The position numbers and the translations under genes were made by a program. The notes under the pieces were generated by a model. That model was not told where the DNA came from and did no database searches. It saw nothing but the letters and a program-made list of their open reading frames with translations. Positions 18,494 to 27,192 of a stretch of 64,000 nt of DNA are shown here, in pieces. Source of the stretch: a virus (lineage: Duplodnaviria; Heunggongvirae; Uroviricota; Caudoviricetes); IMG/VR virus record IMGVR_UViG_2802429052_000001, positions 27,845 to 91,844 of that record, one strand, 5' to 3'. Position 1 is the stretch's first letter. Every line of letters begins with the position of its first letter.

Positions 18494-18922
18494 ATGGCGA
18501 GAGAGATGGGCACCCCGGCGAAAGCGTTGTGGGTGTGTCTGGGGGTATTTGTCGGGCTGCTGGCGTTCATGGCGGCGTGCGCAATAGGGCTGTCGGGCCA
18601 ATCCGGAAACGTTGGTGTGAGCGTTGAAGTGAGGCAAAAGTACGCGATCGAGACATGCCAGTCTGCTCTCATGAAGCGTATGCGTGACCCTGAGAGTGCG
18701 AAGTTCGCCGATGAGGTGGCCCGTGAAGGTGTGGCGCATGGAGGTGGGCGTGATCCCGAGTTGGACTACTCGCCCGACCGCGGTGATATCTACTTTACGG
18801 TGACGGGCAATGTCAACGCCAAGAACGCGTTTGGTGGTTACACGGGGATGCGTCCCTACACCTGCGATGCGGTGGTGGACAGAAACGGCACAACGCAAAG
18901 CCGGGCCCGCGTGCTGGATTAG
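18494..18922 (+). CDS. Lipoprotein/secreted protein (142 aa)
   Basis: N-terminal TM/signal with lipobox-like MAACA; last gene before terminator. Confidence 0.45.
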   Translation: MAREMGTPAKALWVCLGVFVGLLAFMAACAIGLSGQSGNVGVSVEVRQKYAIETCQSALMKRMRDPESAKFADEVAREGVAHGGGRDPELDYSPDRGDIYFTVTGNVNAKNAFGGYTGMRPYTCDAVVDRNGTTQSRARVLD

Positions 18923-18937
18923 TGCACTAGAAACACT

Positions 18938-18976
18938 AATAGCGCCCCTCACCGGGTCGGGGTGAGGGGCGCTATT
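18938..18976. terminator. Strong bidirectional terminator between toxin cassette (+) and lysis operon (-)
   Basis: 16-bp perfect GC-rich stem AATAGCGCCCCTCACC..GGTGAGGGGCGCTATT followed by TTTCGTT. Confidence 0.65.
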
Positions 18977-18990
18977 TCGTTGGCCTGCAA

Positions 18991-19353
18991 TTAGTGTGGC
19001 CAGCGCTCGATCAGCTCTCGGATGTGCTGGTCTGCCCTCCCGCGCTCGGTGCGCTCGGTTCGCATTTCCTCGCGCAGGCCTCCGATGTCGCGGGCCTGCT
19101 GGCCCTGTTGTTCCTCGATTCGCTTGATCCCCTTGAGAATTTCGTCGAGATCAACGCGCATGTTGGTCTCATGGTCGTTCTCGGTCTGCTCACGGATGGC
19201 TCCGGTATCGGCGGCGATAGCGCCCAGCTTCTTACGGTGCGCGAACGTGGCCGTGGCCCAGGCCACCGCGACCGATCCGCAGATCGGGGCGAGTAGCGCC
19301 ATCGTGAGTGCCGCGAACTGCTTTGGGGTATCGATGCTGCTGACATCCACCAT
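18991..19353 (-). CDS. Membrane-anchored coiled-coil protein (homolog of A 8708..9070)
   Basis: TM helix plus coiled coil; DIGGLREE motif; follows holin. Confidence 0.5.
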   Translation of the reverse strand: MVDVSSIDTPKQFAALTMALLAPICGSVAVAWATATFAHRKKLGAIAADTGAIREQTENDHETNMRVDLDEILKGIKRIEEQQGQQARDIGGLREEMRTERTERGRADQHIRELIERWPH

Positions 19354-19367
19354 TTCGGTCAGCAGGC

Positions 19368-19664
19368 TCACCGGCCGCTGCCCGCCACGAGCTTGAACAG
19401 GCTGGACGGTACGACCGCCTTGGTGGCCGAGGCGGTACCGGATCGGCCCAGCTTGATCGATGCCGCAGAGAAGATGAGCGATACCGCCAGCGTTCCGGCG
19501 CCGACATTGATACCGCTCTGCCAATCGATCTCGGTCAGGGCTGCGTTCACCGCGGCGTCGGCCAGGTTGGCGCCGACGATGAAGCCACCCGCGAACGTCT
19601 TGATAGCGCGCTCGGCAGCGTCAATGGCGGCGTCTTTGAGCCAGGGCGGGATAGTGATGTGCAT
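19368..19664 (-). CDS. Holin-like membrane protein
   Basis: GAGAGGA RBS 6 nt before ATG; amphipathic/TM segments; unrelated in sequence to the holin-like gene of A. Confidence 0.5.
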   Translation of the reverse strand: MHITIPPWLKDAAIDAAERAIKTFAGGFIVGANLADAAVNAALTEIDWQSGINVGAGTLAVSLIFSAASIKLGRSGTASATKAVVPSSLFKLVAGSGR

Positions 19665-19954
19665 GACGGTCCTCTCGGCGGTTGGGTTGTGGATAACTGC
19701 GTTTGGGCAGTTCAGGGGGAGTTTTTTCGATGGCGCCATGGATAGGGAGCGCTACGGTGTGGGGAGTCCCTGCGCGCTCTCCTCGCGCGGGGCCGATCGG
19801 GCGTAGCATCTACGTTTGTTCGGCGAAGGTGCTTTGAGCCTGAATTGACAGGCTTGAGACGGCACCCCGGCCTAGACGGTGGAACGAAGCTCGGCGCGCA
19901 GCGGTTGCAAACGCAGCGCATAGAGCGGAAGGCGTGCGAACGCTGCAGACACCC

Positions 19955-19986
19955 AGTCGGCTGGGTTCAATTCCCAGGCGCCGAAC
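19955..19986 (+). other. tRNA-like fragment (T-arm CTGGG-TTCAATT-CCCAG plus acceptor-like GCGCCGA) in 330-bp noncoding gap
   Basis: Canonical G53/TTCAATT/C61 T-loop signature; full cloverleaf could not be folded by eye. Confidence 0.3.
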
Positions 19987-19995
19987 TTTTCGGAA

Positions 19996-21180
19996 CTAAG
20001 CCGCCACGGCGGGGGTGCGGCTGGCCCAGTCGCGGACGTGCTGGATGGCGAGCCCGAGATAGGTTTGGCCGGGCCAGACCTCGCGGTACTCGTATTGAAT
20101 GTGTGCGGCGGTCGGTGGGCTGGTGGTGACGAAACGCAGCGCGATCAGGGCGGCCTGTGCCGCGGCCGCGGGCCCGGTGAGCTTGTTGATATCGCCCCAG
20201 CCGAGTAGTCCCTGTAGACCGCCGAGGACTATGGGTAGGCCGAGCGCGGCGATACCGTTGGGGCCGCCAGTGAGCGCGCCGAATATGGCGGGCAGCTCGA
20301 TGCCTAATGCCTTGGCGGCGATTTCGGGGATTTTGGGCAGGATGGCGCCTGCGGCCCCGAGTGGGTCGGTGATCTGGAATGCGGTCACCATGTCGAAACA
20401 GTCGTCCATGATGTCCCCGACAACACCGAGGGGGATGTTGCCGTACATGTCGCCGGGGTCGGTGAGCCAGCAGTGCCGGTAGTCGGTGATGTCGCCGTAG
20501 CGCCGTGACGAGATGCCTTGCCCAGCAAGGACCGGGCCGCCGTAGTAGCTGCCACCGTGGGGTCGGGTGGGGTCACCGATGCTGAATGAACACAGGTAGT
20601 TGTTCGGGTAGTGCTCCAGCAGCCACACGCGGAATCTGGCCGCCGCGACGGCGCCGGCCGAGTATCCACCGATGACGACCTTGGTGTTGGGGTTGGCGCG
20701 GTAGCGCTCCAGGAAGATGCGCTGTGCGTCGGCGACCGCGATCTCGACGGCCTTGGCCATTGAGATGTCACCGGGGCTGCCCGCGGCGCCGACCGGCAGA
20801 CCGCCCATGGTCGCGGCGAATTCGGGGTGCACTTCCTCGACGAGGTTGGCCACCGCTTGCATGACGCGAGATACGTAGTCCTGGCCGATGATGCCTCCGG
20901 TGCCCCGGAACATCAGCCCGAGGTGGCGATTGGCGGGCGGGGCCGGGGGCGTGATGCCCAGCGCGCGTAGGTCATCGTCGGACACCTGCCCGGTGGGGAT
21001 CTGGCCGGTGCGGCGCTGATACTCGGCGGCCCACAGGGCAGCACGCGGCCCGAACTCGTCGGTGTCTTGCGGAAGCGGCCCCAACAGCCGGGTGTACAGC
21101 GGGCCAAACCAGTCGTTCATCACGGCCCGCCACCGACGGACCGTTTCATTGCGGTCTCCGATGCGGATCATTTGGACCAC
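19996..21180 (-). CDS. lysB: Lysin B, mycolylarabinogalactan esterase with PG-binding N-terminus
   Basis: GYSAG serine esterase motif; PG-binding-like N-terminus; overlaps lysin A stop. Confidence 0.7.
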   Translation of the reverse strand: MVQMIRIGDRNETVRRWRAVMNDWFGPLYTRLLGPLPQDTDEFGPRAALWAAEYQRRTGQIPTGQVSDDDLRALGITPPAPPANRHLGLMFRGTGGIIGQDYVSRVMQAVANLVEEVHPEFAATMGGLPVGAAGSPGDISMAKAVEIAVADAQRIFLERYRANPNTKVVIGGYSAGAVAAARFRVWLLEHYPNNYLCSFSIGDPTRPHGGSYYGGPVLAGQGISSRRYGDITDYRHCWLTDPGDMYGNIPLGVVGDIMDDCFDMVTAFQITDPLGAAGAILPKIPEIAAKALGIELPAIFGALTGGPNGIAALGLPIVLGGLQGLLGWGDINKLTGPAAAAQAALIALRFVTTSPPTAAHIQYEYREVWPGQTYLGLAIQHVRDWASRTPAVAA

Positions 21181-21836
21181 ACCTTGTCACGCAGCGTCAT
21201 ACCTTTTGATGCCCAGTCGGGATGTCCCGGGCCGAGTTGTTCGGCGATGTATTCCAGTAGCTTGCGGTCGGGAGCTTCTTTGACGAATTTCTGGTGTAGC
21301 GCAATAGGATCGACCGCCGGGGGCTGCGCGGGCGCGTAGATTCCGAGGTATCCGGCGCGCAGCTTGTCGGCGAACGCGTCATTGCGTTTGTCGCCCTCGG
21401 GCCAGGCCATCTGGTAGTGCATCTCGTCGGGGCGCGACCAGTCGCGGCCCCAGAACACCGAGCCCTCGAACAGGGCCAGGCCCTTGCGGACCTTGGCCTG
21501 TGTGGCGGCGTCCATGGTGTACCGCTGCCAGGGGTACTTGGGCGCCATCACGTCAACGGCTGTGGCCGACAGGTGATTTGATCCGTCGTTGCGCCCGGGA
21601 GTGCCGAGCACGTCATTGTCGAGTGACCAGCCCCATACTGGGGAGGTGATCTCCTCGACGTTGCGGTCATACCAGTACAGCCAGGCGCCGAGGATGATCA
21701 GCGGGGCGCCCTTGCGCAGGGGCGCGGTGTCGACGAGGTACAGCTCGGGTATGCGTACAATGTCGCATTCGTCCCGATTGCAGCACCGCCAGCCGTCCTC
21801 TGTGTGGGTGTTGCCGTTCACGGTGCGGAAACTCAT
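21168..21836 (-). CDS. lysA: Lysin A, LAS/M15-type zinc peptidase domain (SNHLSATAVD ... HYQM)
   Basis: SxHxxxxAxD and downstream His motifs typical of M15/VanY-like peptidases; ATGA coupling to upstream small membrane gene. Confidence 0.6.
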   Translation of the reverse strand: MSFRTVNGNTHTEDGWRCCNRDECDIVRIPELYLVDTAPLRKGAPLIILGAWLYWYDRNVEEITSPVWGWSLDNDVLGTPGRNDGSNHLSATAVDVMAPKYPWQRYTMDAATQAKVRKGLALFEGSVFWGRDWSRPDEMHYQMAWPEGDKRNDAFADKLRAGYLGIYAPAQPPAVDPIALHQKFVKEAPDRKLLEYIAEQLGPGHPDWASKGMTLRDKVWSK

Positions 21837-21976
21837 CGGGTGTACTTCCTTTCGATGCGTGGGTCGATCTCTTGGGCGTAGGACGAGAGCTGGTCGGATG
21901 CCCACCAGCCGAGCCGGAATGAGAGGGCGGCAAGTGCGGCGTAGAAGGCCGCGTATTTGAGCAGCTGGCGGGCCAT
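21833..21976 (-). CDS. Small membrane protein (48 aa), homolog of A 6259..6405, coupled to lysin A
   Basis: MARQLLKYAAFYAALAALSFRLGWWASDQLSSYAQEIDPRIERKYTR; about 75% identical to the A copy. Confidence 0.5.
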   Translation of the reverse strand: MARQLLKYAAFYAALAALSFRLGWWASDQLSSYAQEIDPRIERKYTR

Positions 21977-21978
21977 GA

Positions 21979-22341
21979 CTACACCCCCCAGAACTTGAAT
22001 GTTGGTGTGACATCGACTTGTAACGGCTGTGATCCGTCGTTGACGGTCAGGGAGACCGGTAGTGTCTCGGTGCGCAGCAGGGTCGCGCCGTTGAACACGC
22101 CGTACCGGTTGATCACCGTGCCGTTGGCCACGGTGCCGCCAGGTACCGAGATGGTCACCAGCGAGCCGGTGGATGATGCCTTGTCGATGCCGGATTCGGT
22201 GACATCGACTGGGGTGGCCCAGGTGGTGTCGGCGTAGGCGGTGCCTACGCGGGTGGAACCGGCGAATAGGCCGATTCGGTTGCCGAGTGCGGTGATTGCG
22301 GCGCAGCAGGCGCGTCGGTGCGCGCCTTGGTATTCGGACAT
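21979..22341 (-). CDS. Minor tail protein (120 aa)
   Basis: Position; loose similarity to A 5879..6262. Confidence 0.45.
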   Translation of the reverse strand: MSEYQGAHRRACCAAITALGNRIGLFAGSTRVGTAYADTTWATPVDVTESGIDKASSTGSLVTISVPGGTVANGTVINRYGVFNGATLLRTETLPVSLTVNDGSQPLQVDVTPTFKFWGV

Positions 22342-22360
22342 GCGGGGGCCTTTCTGTTGG

Positions 22361-22816
22361 TTACGGGGTTTCCCAGGTGGTCCATCCGCTGATGCGCGGG
22401 GTGTATCCCAGCGCGACGTTGCGGGGTGATTCGGTCGTCCATTGGTGGTCTCTGTAGGGGGCGATAACGGATTTGAGGTAGGCGCATCCGAGTTGGCCCT
22501 CGATCATCAGGCCGCCGAAGGGCTGGTAATCGCCTGTGATGACGTAGGTTTCGTTGACCTGGTACCAGAGGTAATCCTCGGTGTTGACCGGAAGGCTGTC
22601 GTCGTCAAAGTCCCAGATGGTGGTGTTGAGCTTGGGGACGTATTGCAGGAGGCATTCGCCGACGTTCGGGTCGTGTGGGGCCGCGTCGAGGTAGTAGTTT
22701 CCGTTGATCAGTCCGATTGGGCCGTCGTTCATGTAGATGTCGAAATAGGAGGTTTCGCGTCTGCTGTAGAAGTGGATTCGGAATGAGTAGTTGTCGATGT
22801 CGTTGGGGTTGGCCAT
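22361..22816 (-). CDS. Minor tail protein (151 aa)
   Basis: Strong AGGAGGGA RBS before ATG at 22816; aromatic-rich beta protein. Confidence 0.5.
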   Translation of the reverse strand: MANPNDIDNYSFRIHFYSRRETSYFDIYMNDGPIGLINGNYYLDAAPHDPNVGECLLQYVPKLNTTIWDFDDDSLPVNTEDYLWYQVNETYVITGDYQPFGGLMIEGQLGCAYLKSVIAPYRDHQWTTESPRNVALGYTPRISGWTTWETP

Positions 22817-22838
22817 GTTTGGGTGGTCCCTCCTGCGG

Positions 22839-23894
22839 TTACTGGTATGCGCGGCACCAGGCACCGCCTGTGCCGCCGATGCCGCCGGGGCCGCCGAAGT
22901 TGGCACCGCCCGCACCGGCACCGCCGGGCGCGTAGCCCGTTCCGCCATCAGAGGTTTGCGTGGCGCCGCCCGGGTAGGTCACGCCGTTGTAGGTCTTGTC
23001 GCCCGGGCCGGGGCCGTCGTTGGCGTTGATGCCGGTGGGATGCTGCGGGCCACCAGCGCCGCCAGCAGCGGACAGGCCCGCCCATCCGTCGCCGATAGCG
23101 GTGGTTGCCGCACCTGGGCCGCCCGCGGTTCCGGCGAAACCGCCGCTACCTTTTGCGCCGCCTGCGCCGATGACGAATGTCAGGGTTGTTGTGGTCCAGG
23201 GGATGTGGATGCCGCGCTCCAAAGTGGTGGTGGCCCAGGTTCCCGGGCTGCCGGGGAAACCGCCGAGTAGGTAGAACGTGCCCGAGCTCGCACCGCCGCC
23301 GCCAGCGCCGACCAGCGCCAGATCGAGATAGCGGCACCACACCGGGATCGGGACCACGGTCGTGCCGACTGCGGTGATCGCGGTCAGCGCTGCCGGTTGC
23401 GGACTGAACCGGGCGGTGGCGGTATCGGCCCCGATGGCTTGACTGACGCTGGAGGGAAGCCGAACCCGCGACAGCACCGCGATATCGGCGGCCGCGGCGG
23501 CACCGACGGCGGCCAGGCGGGGGAGCATCTGCGCCATCTCGGCGGCCACGGCCGAATCGGTGGCGCGCACACCGGGGCGGGCCGAGTCGGCACCTATCCC
23601 GGCGTCTCGTGCACCCACGCGCAGCTTCGCCTGAGCCAGGTCGGCGCCCCGGCCGGCATCACTGGCGCCCAAGCCCAGTCCTGCGACGGCGAGATCTGCG
23701 CCAACACCCTGATCGATGCCCGTGTGGGCCACCCGCAGCAGACGGGCCAGATCGGCGCCGACTGCCGAGTCCGCGACGGTGACCCGTGGCATCCAGACCC
23801 ACTTGCCCATGGATGGCGGCGAGGGCGGATCGGGATTGGTCGACCACCTACTCGATTGCCCCGAGGGCGCAGACGGATTGGTGGACCAGGGCAT
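22839..23894 (-). CDS. Glycine-rich minor tail protein (collagen-like C-terminus)
   Basis: N-terminus MPWSTNP matches A 4710..5864; G-rich C-terminal half; 1-nt overlap with upstream stop. Confidence 0.65.
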   Translation of the reverse strand: MPWSTNPSAPSGQSSRWSTNPDPPSPPSMGKWVWMPRVTVADSAVGADLARLLRVAHTGIDQGVGADLAVAGLGLGASDAGRGADLAQAKLRVGARDAGIGADSARPGVRATDSAVAAEMAQMLPRLAAVGAAAAADIAVLSRVRLPSSVSQAIGADTATARFSPQPAALTAITAVGTTVVPIPVWCRYLDLALVGAGGGGASSGTFYLLGGFPGSPGTWATTTLERGIHIPWTTTTLTFVIGAGGAKGSGGFAGTAGGPGAATTAIGDGWAGLSAAGGAGGPQHPTGINANDGPGPGDKTYNGVTYPGGATQTSDGGTGYAPGGAGAGGANFGGPGGIGGTGGAWCRAYQ

Positions 23895-26341
23895 CAGACC
23901 GCCTTGATCGCGGCGTACCCCGCGGCACCCCAGCCGCCGGTACCGGCGCTGCCCCCGGTACCACCGCCGCCGCCCGCGCCGCCGCCACCGGGCCCGTTGC
24001 CCGGGGCTCCGTTGGCCGCACCCACCGACGCGCTGGGCGGGGTGTTCTGCCCGCCCTTGAACAGGCGCGCGGAGAACCCAAGATCGCCGGGGCCGTAGCC
24101 CACCGAGTCGCGGTTGTAGAAGCTGCCATAGGCCAGGCGCCCCAGTCGGCCACCAGCGCAACGCAGGATCTCGCTGTTGTCGCTGCCGTTGCGGAACACG
24201 ATGTCGTGCCCCGGCTTGCCGTCGGTCTCCTTGCTGCCGGGCTCGCCGCCAATACCCGTGGGTGAACCCACACGCTCGGACTGCACCGTGATCTGAGTGA
24301 CGGACCCCGGGATGTCGACGCCGCGCTCCAGCCGTAGCGAGTTCCAGGAACCGCCGCCCCCACCCTCGCCGGGCTTGTTCCAGCCGCCGTCACCGCCGCC
24401 GCCCCCACCACCGCCACCGCAGCCCGCCAGGTACAGCACGGTGCTGGCGCTGGGGATGTCGTAGACGGACAGGGGCAGGTTCGCCCCGGTGGATGAGTAC
24501 TCGGTCCATTGATCTGCCAAGTTGGTCGACTCGCCCAGGGCGCCCCATACCGGCGTGAATTCCACGTGCCCGCCCACCAGGGTGGGCAGGGAGGTGTAGC
24601 CGGTGCCGCCGTCCTGGGTGAAGAACAGGGGGATGTTCTGCACGACTTCCAGCACGGTCGGCATGGCCGGTGTGGTGTAGAGGCCCTGCGGGTTGCCGAC
24701 CTGCAGCACACCGATGAACGCGGTATGACCCTTGGGCACCGTCAATCCCGGCGACGGAATTGTCAGAGCTTGCACGCGGCTGGTACCCGATAGCCGTGCC
24801 TTGACGTTCCCGAGGTCGACGGCCTTCTGAATTTGCAGCGACTCATTGATCCGGTACACGCCCACGTAGCACTGCGTCATGCCATTGCCGGTGATGGCGA
24901 ATTTCACGGTGCGATACGTGCGCTCAACACCCGGCGTGATGGGGATGAACACCAGCTTTTGATCGGCCGGTACGAATGTCGACTGTGCATTGATGATGGG
25001 GAACGACACATCGTCGTTGATGCCTGTGGACATCCAGCGAGGGGTCAGTCGTGGCAGATTCACAACATCGGTGGCGTACACCGCGGCCGCGTACGCGTCA
25101 TCGGCCTTCTTCTTGAGGGCAGCGGTCGCAGTGGATACATCGACAGGACCCCTGCCACTAGATCCGTCCCCAAATACCGCATTCCAGAAGTTGTTCCACG
25201 TGTCCTTGAGGTCTTCTCCGATGTCGGTGCTGCCGATCGGGCTGTGCACCTTGGCCGGGGGCAGCTTCGGGATATTGCCCAACCCGAGTAGCCCGATGAT
25301 TTCCTCGGCGGTGATCTTGCCGTCGGCGGTGATCGCGGCGAATCGCTGCTCGAAATCGGCGATGTCCGAATTGGCTTTGCCGCCCAGGGTGTCAAAGAAC
25401 GATCTCCACTTGCCGAGCAGCGGCCCGAGGTTCGACATGACCGAGGTGACGTTGGAGAAGTGGATGCGGCCGGCGGTGGCGCCCTCGGTCACAACCAGGG
25501 TCACTGTCGCGGACTTGACCGATCCGTCGGTCGGCACCGTCCACGAGCCGGTCAGGCTGGCACGTATCCAGGACGAATCGGCGGCCACGGGCTGAATTTT
25601 CTTGATGACGATATCGGGGAGCTTGGTGCCATCGGGGGCAAACGGGGTGATGCACAACCGGATCGGATTGGAACCCGCTGCAGCCGAGACGCCTTGCCAC
25701 ATCGCCGATGCGGCGATGTCCACCGCCTGGCCGGCAGCCACGTTGAACGGGTCTTTGATGCTGATCGCATGCAGCTGGCCATCGGCGTTGAGGTAGATCG
25801 ACTTACCCGACAGGTGCCCGTTCTGGGCGGCATCAAATCGCCAGTACGGGTTGTCCTCGACCATCTTCGGGTCGGTGAATCCGCCAGCACCGCCCAGTAG
25901 GTCATGGGCCACATCAGCCACCCACGACGCCGGTATGACGCCCTTGAAGAACTGGCCCGCCACCTTGGCGATAGCAGTCAGGATCGATTCAGGATGAGCC
26001 AGATCGATGCCAGCCAGGGCGTTGCGGATACCGAGGGCCCATGTCCCTAAATCATTTTCATCGCCGTCCTCGATCCCGGTCAGCAGCTCGACCAGATCGC
26101 CGAGACCAGGTTTGTCTTTGGCCCACTCGCGCAGCTGATCAAACGAACCCACGCCGGGAATGAGGTGCCCCATGACCGCGAGCACCACGCGACCGAGAAA
26201 CTGCTCAATGAACCCCTTGCCGAACTCCTGGAGCTGTTGGGCTGTGAACGGCCGCGTGAGACCGCCGCCCTGCTCGCGGTGCACCGGGGCCGAGGGGACA
26301 TCCCTTGCCCAATCGGGGATCTCGGGCAGGTTGTCGGTCAC
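23894..26341 (-). CDS. Large minor tail protein (about 815 aa) with poly-Gly segment, paralog of A 1696..4380
   Basis: High identity block (NGHLSGKSIY..GKITA) to the A protein; GTG start overlapping upstream stop. Confidence 0.75.
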   Translation of the reverse strand: MTDNLPEIPDWARDVPSAPVHREQGGGLTRPFTAQQLQEFGKGFIEQFLGRVVLAVMGHLIPGVGSFDQLREWAKDKPGLGDLVELLTGIEDGDENDLGTWALGIRNALAGIDLAHPESILTAIAKVAGQFFKGVIPASWVADVAHDLLGGAGGFTDPKMVEDNPYWRFDAAQNGHLSGKSIYLNADGQLHAISIKDPFNVAAGQAVDIAASAMWQGVSAAAGSNPIRLCITPFAPDGTKLPDIVIKKIQPVAADSSWIRASLTGSWTVPTDGSVKSATVTLVVTEGATAGRIHFSNVTSVMSNLGPLLGKWRSFFDTLGGKANSDIADFEQRFAAITADGKITAEEIIGLLGLGNIPKLPPAKVHSPIGSTDIGEDLKDTWNNFWNAVFGDGSSGRGPVDVSTATAALKKKADDAYAAAVYATDVVNLPRLTPRWMSTGINDDVSFPIINAQSTFVPADQKLVFIPITPGVERTYRTVKFAITGNGMTQCYVGVYRINESLQIQKAVDLGNVKARLSGTSRVQALTIPSPGLTVPKGHTAFIGVLQVGNPQGLYTTPAMPTVLEVVQNIPLFFTQDGGTGYTSLPTLVGGHVEFTPVWGALGESTNLADQWTEYSSTGANLPLSVYDIPSASTVLYLAGCGGGGGGGGGDGGWNKPGEGGGGGSWNSLRLERGVDIPGSVTQITVQSERVGSPTGIGGEPGSKETDGKPGHDIVFRNGSDNSEILRCAGGRLGRLAYGSFYNRDSVGYGPGDLGFSARLFKGGQNTPPSASVGAANGAPGNGPGGGGAGGGGGTGGSAGTGGWGAAGYAAIKAV

Positions 26342-27177
26342 AGCGGCCAGGCCTCGATGTTGAAGTGCGACATCGCGGCGGTGGCGATGTACGTCGATGT
26401 GCCGGTTTGGCGCTCGCACCGGATGTGCACGGTGGCCGAGGTGCCCGCGGCAATGGTGTCGTAGTCGGCGGCGGTGCTGCCGGGGCCGATGGGCTTGCCC
26501 GGTGAGAACGCCAGCCGATCAGTCTGGGCGATGCCCACGCAGCGGCCCACGATGTTGCCGTCGGTCTCGCCGTTGAGCCGGGCCAGCAGATTCACGCGCA
26601 CATCGGCGGCTTCGCCAGTAACGACCGTTTGGCCTTGTGCACGGATGCGCCGAGGCCACGGGCGCGCAGGGATGTCGATCGCGGCCATAGTCCCGTTCGC
26701 GTTGCCCGTACCGATGTTCTTGATTTCGCCCGGGTAGAACACCTCGGCAACCTTTTGCGGCACAAGCTCAAAACCGAGTAGGTCGGTTTTGACGGCCGGA
26801 ATCCACCCCGCCTTGGGATTGGTCGACAGGTCCAGCGGATTCCAGCGCGTCGCGCCGTCTTTACCGGTCTTGCCGGTGTGTAGCGCCAGGTGCATTTTCC
26901 ACTTGCCGGGCGTGGTATCGGTTGGGGGAGTGATGAGTTCGAAAAATGCCGAATCGGGTGTCGCGTCTTCCGGCGCCAGCGGGGTCAGGGCGATCCTGGT
27001 GTCGAACTCGGCATGCTTTCCTGGCGGGCCCTGCTCGACCCCGGACACCCCTCCCATGATTCCGCCGTCTTCGCGCAGCAGCACGTGCGCCACCCCGGTG
27101 CCATCGACCGGGACCAGGGTGTAGCCCTGTCCCTGGTAGTAGCGTGCACCGTTGAAATCGACGATAGGCCAAGCCAT
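26338..27177 (-). CDS. Minor tail protein (279 aa)
   Basis: Position in tail block; beta-rich. Confidence 0.55.
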   Translation of the reverse strand: MAWPIVDFNGARYYQGQGYTLVPVDGTGVAHVLLREDGGIMGGVSGVEQGPPGKHAEFDTRIALTPLAPEDATPDSAFFELITPPTDTTPGKWKMHLALHTGKTGKDGATRWNPLDLSTNPKAGWIPAVKTDLLGFELVPQKVAEVFYPGEIKNIGTGNANGTMAAIDIPARPWPRRIRAQGQTVVTGEAADVRVNLLARLNGETDGNIVGRCVGIAQTDRLAFSPGKPIGPGSTAADYDTIAAGTSATVHIRCERQTGTSTYIATAAMSHFNIEAWPL

Positions 27178-27192
27178 GTGGGTTACCTCCGG

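Noticed and set aside
19955-19986. Complete tRNA gene
   Set aside because: Only a T-arm/acceptor-like 3' fragment is convincing. No 5' acceptor strand at the right distance, and D/anticodon arms could not be folded by eye. Kept only as a low-confidence feature.
21837-22013. N-terminal 59 aa of the track ORF 21168..22013 as part of lysin A
   Set aside because: That stretch overlaps, in another frame, the conserved small membrane gene. Lysin A more plausibly starts at MSFRTV (21836) with ATGA coupling.
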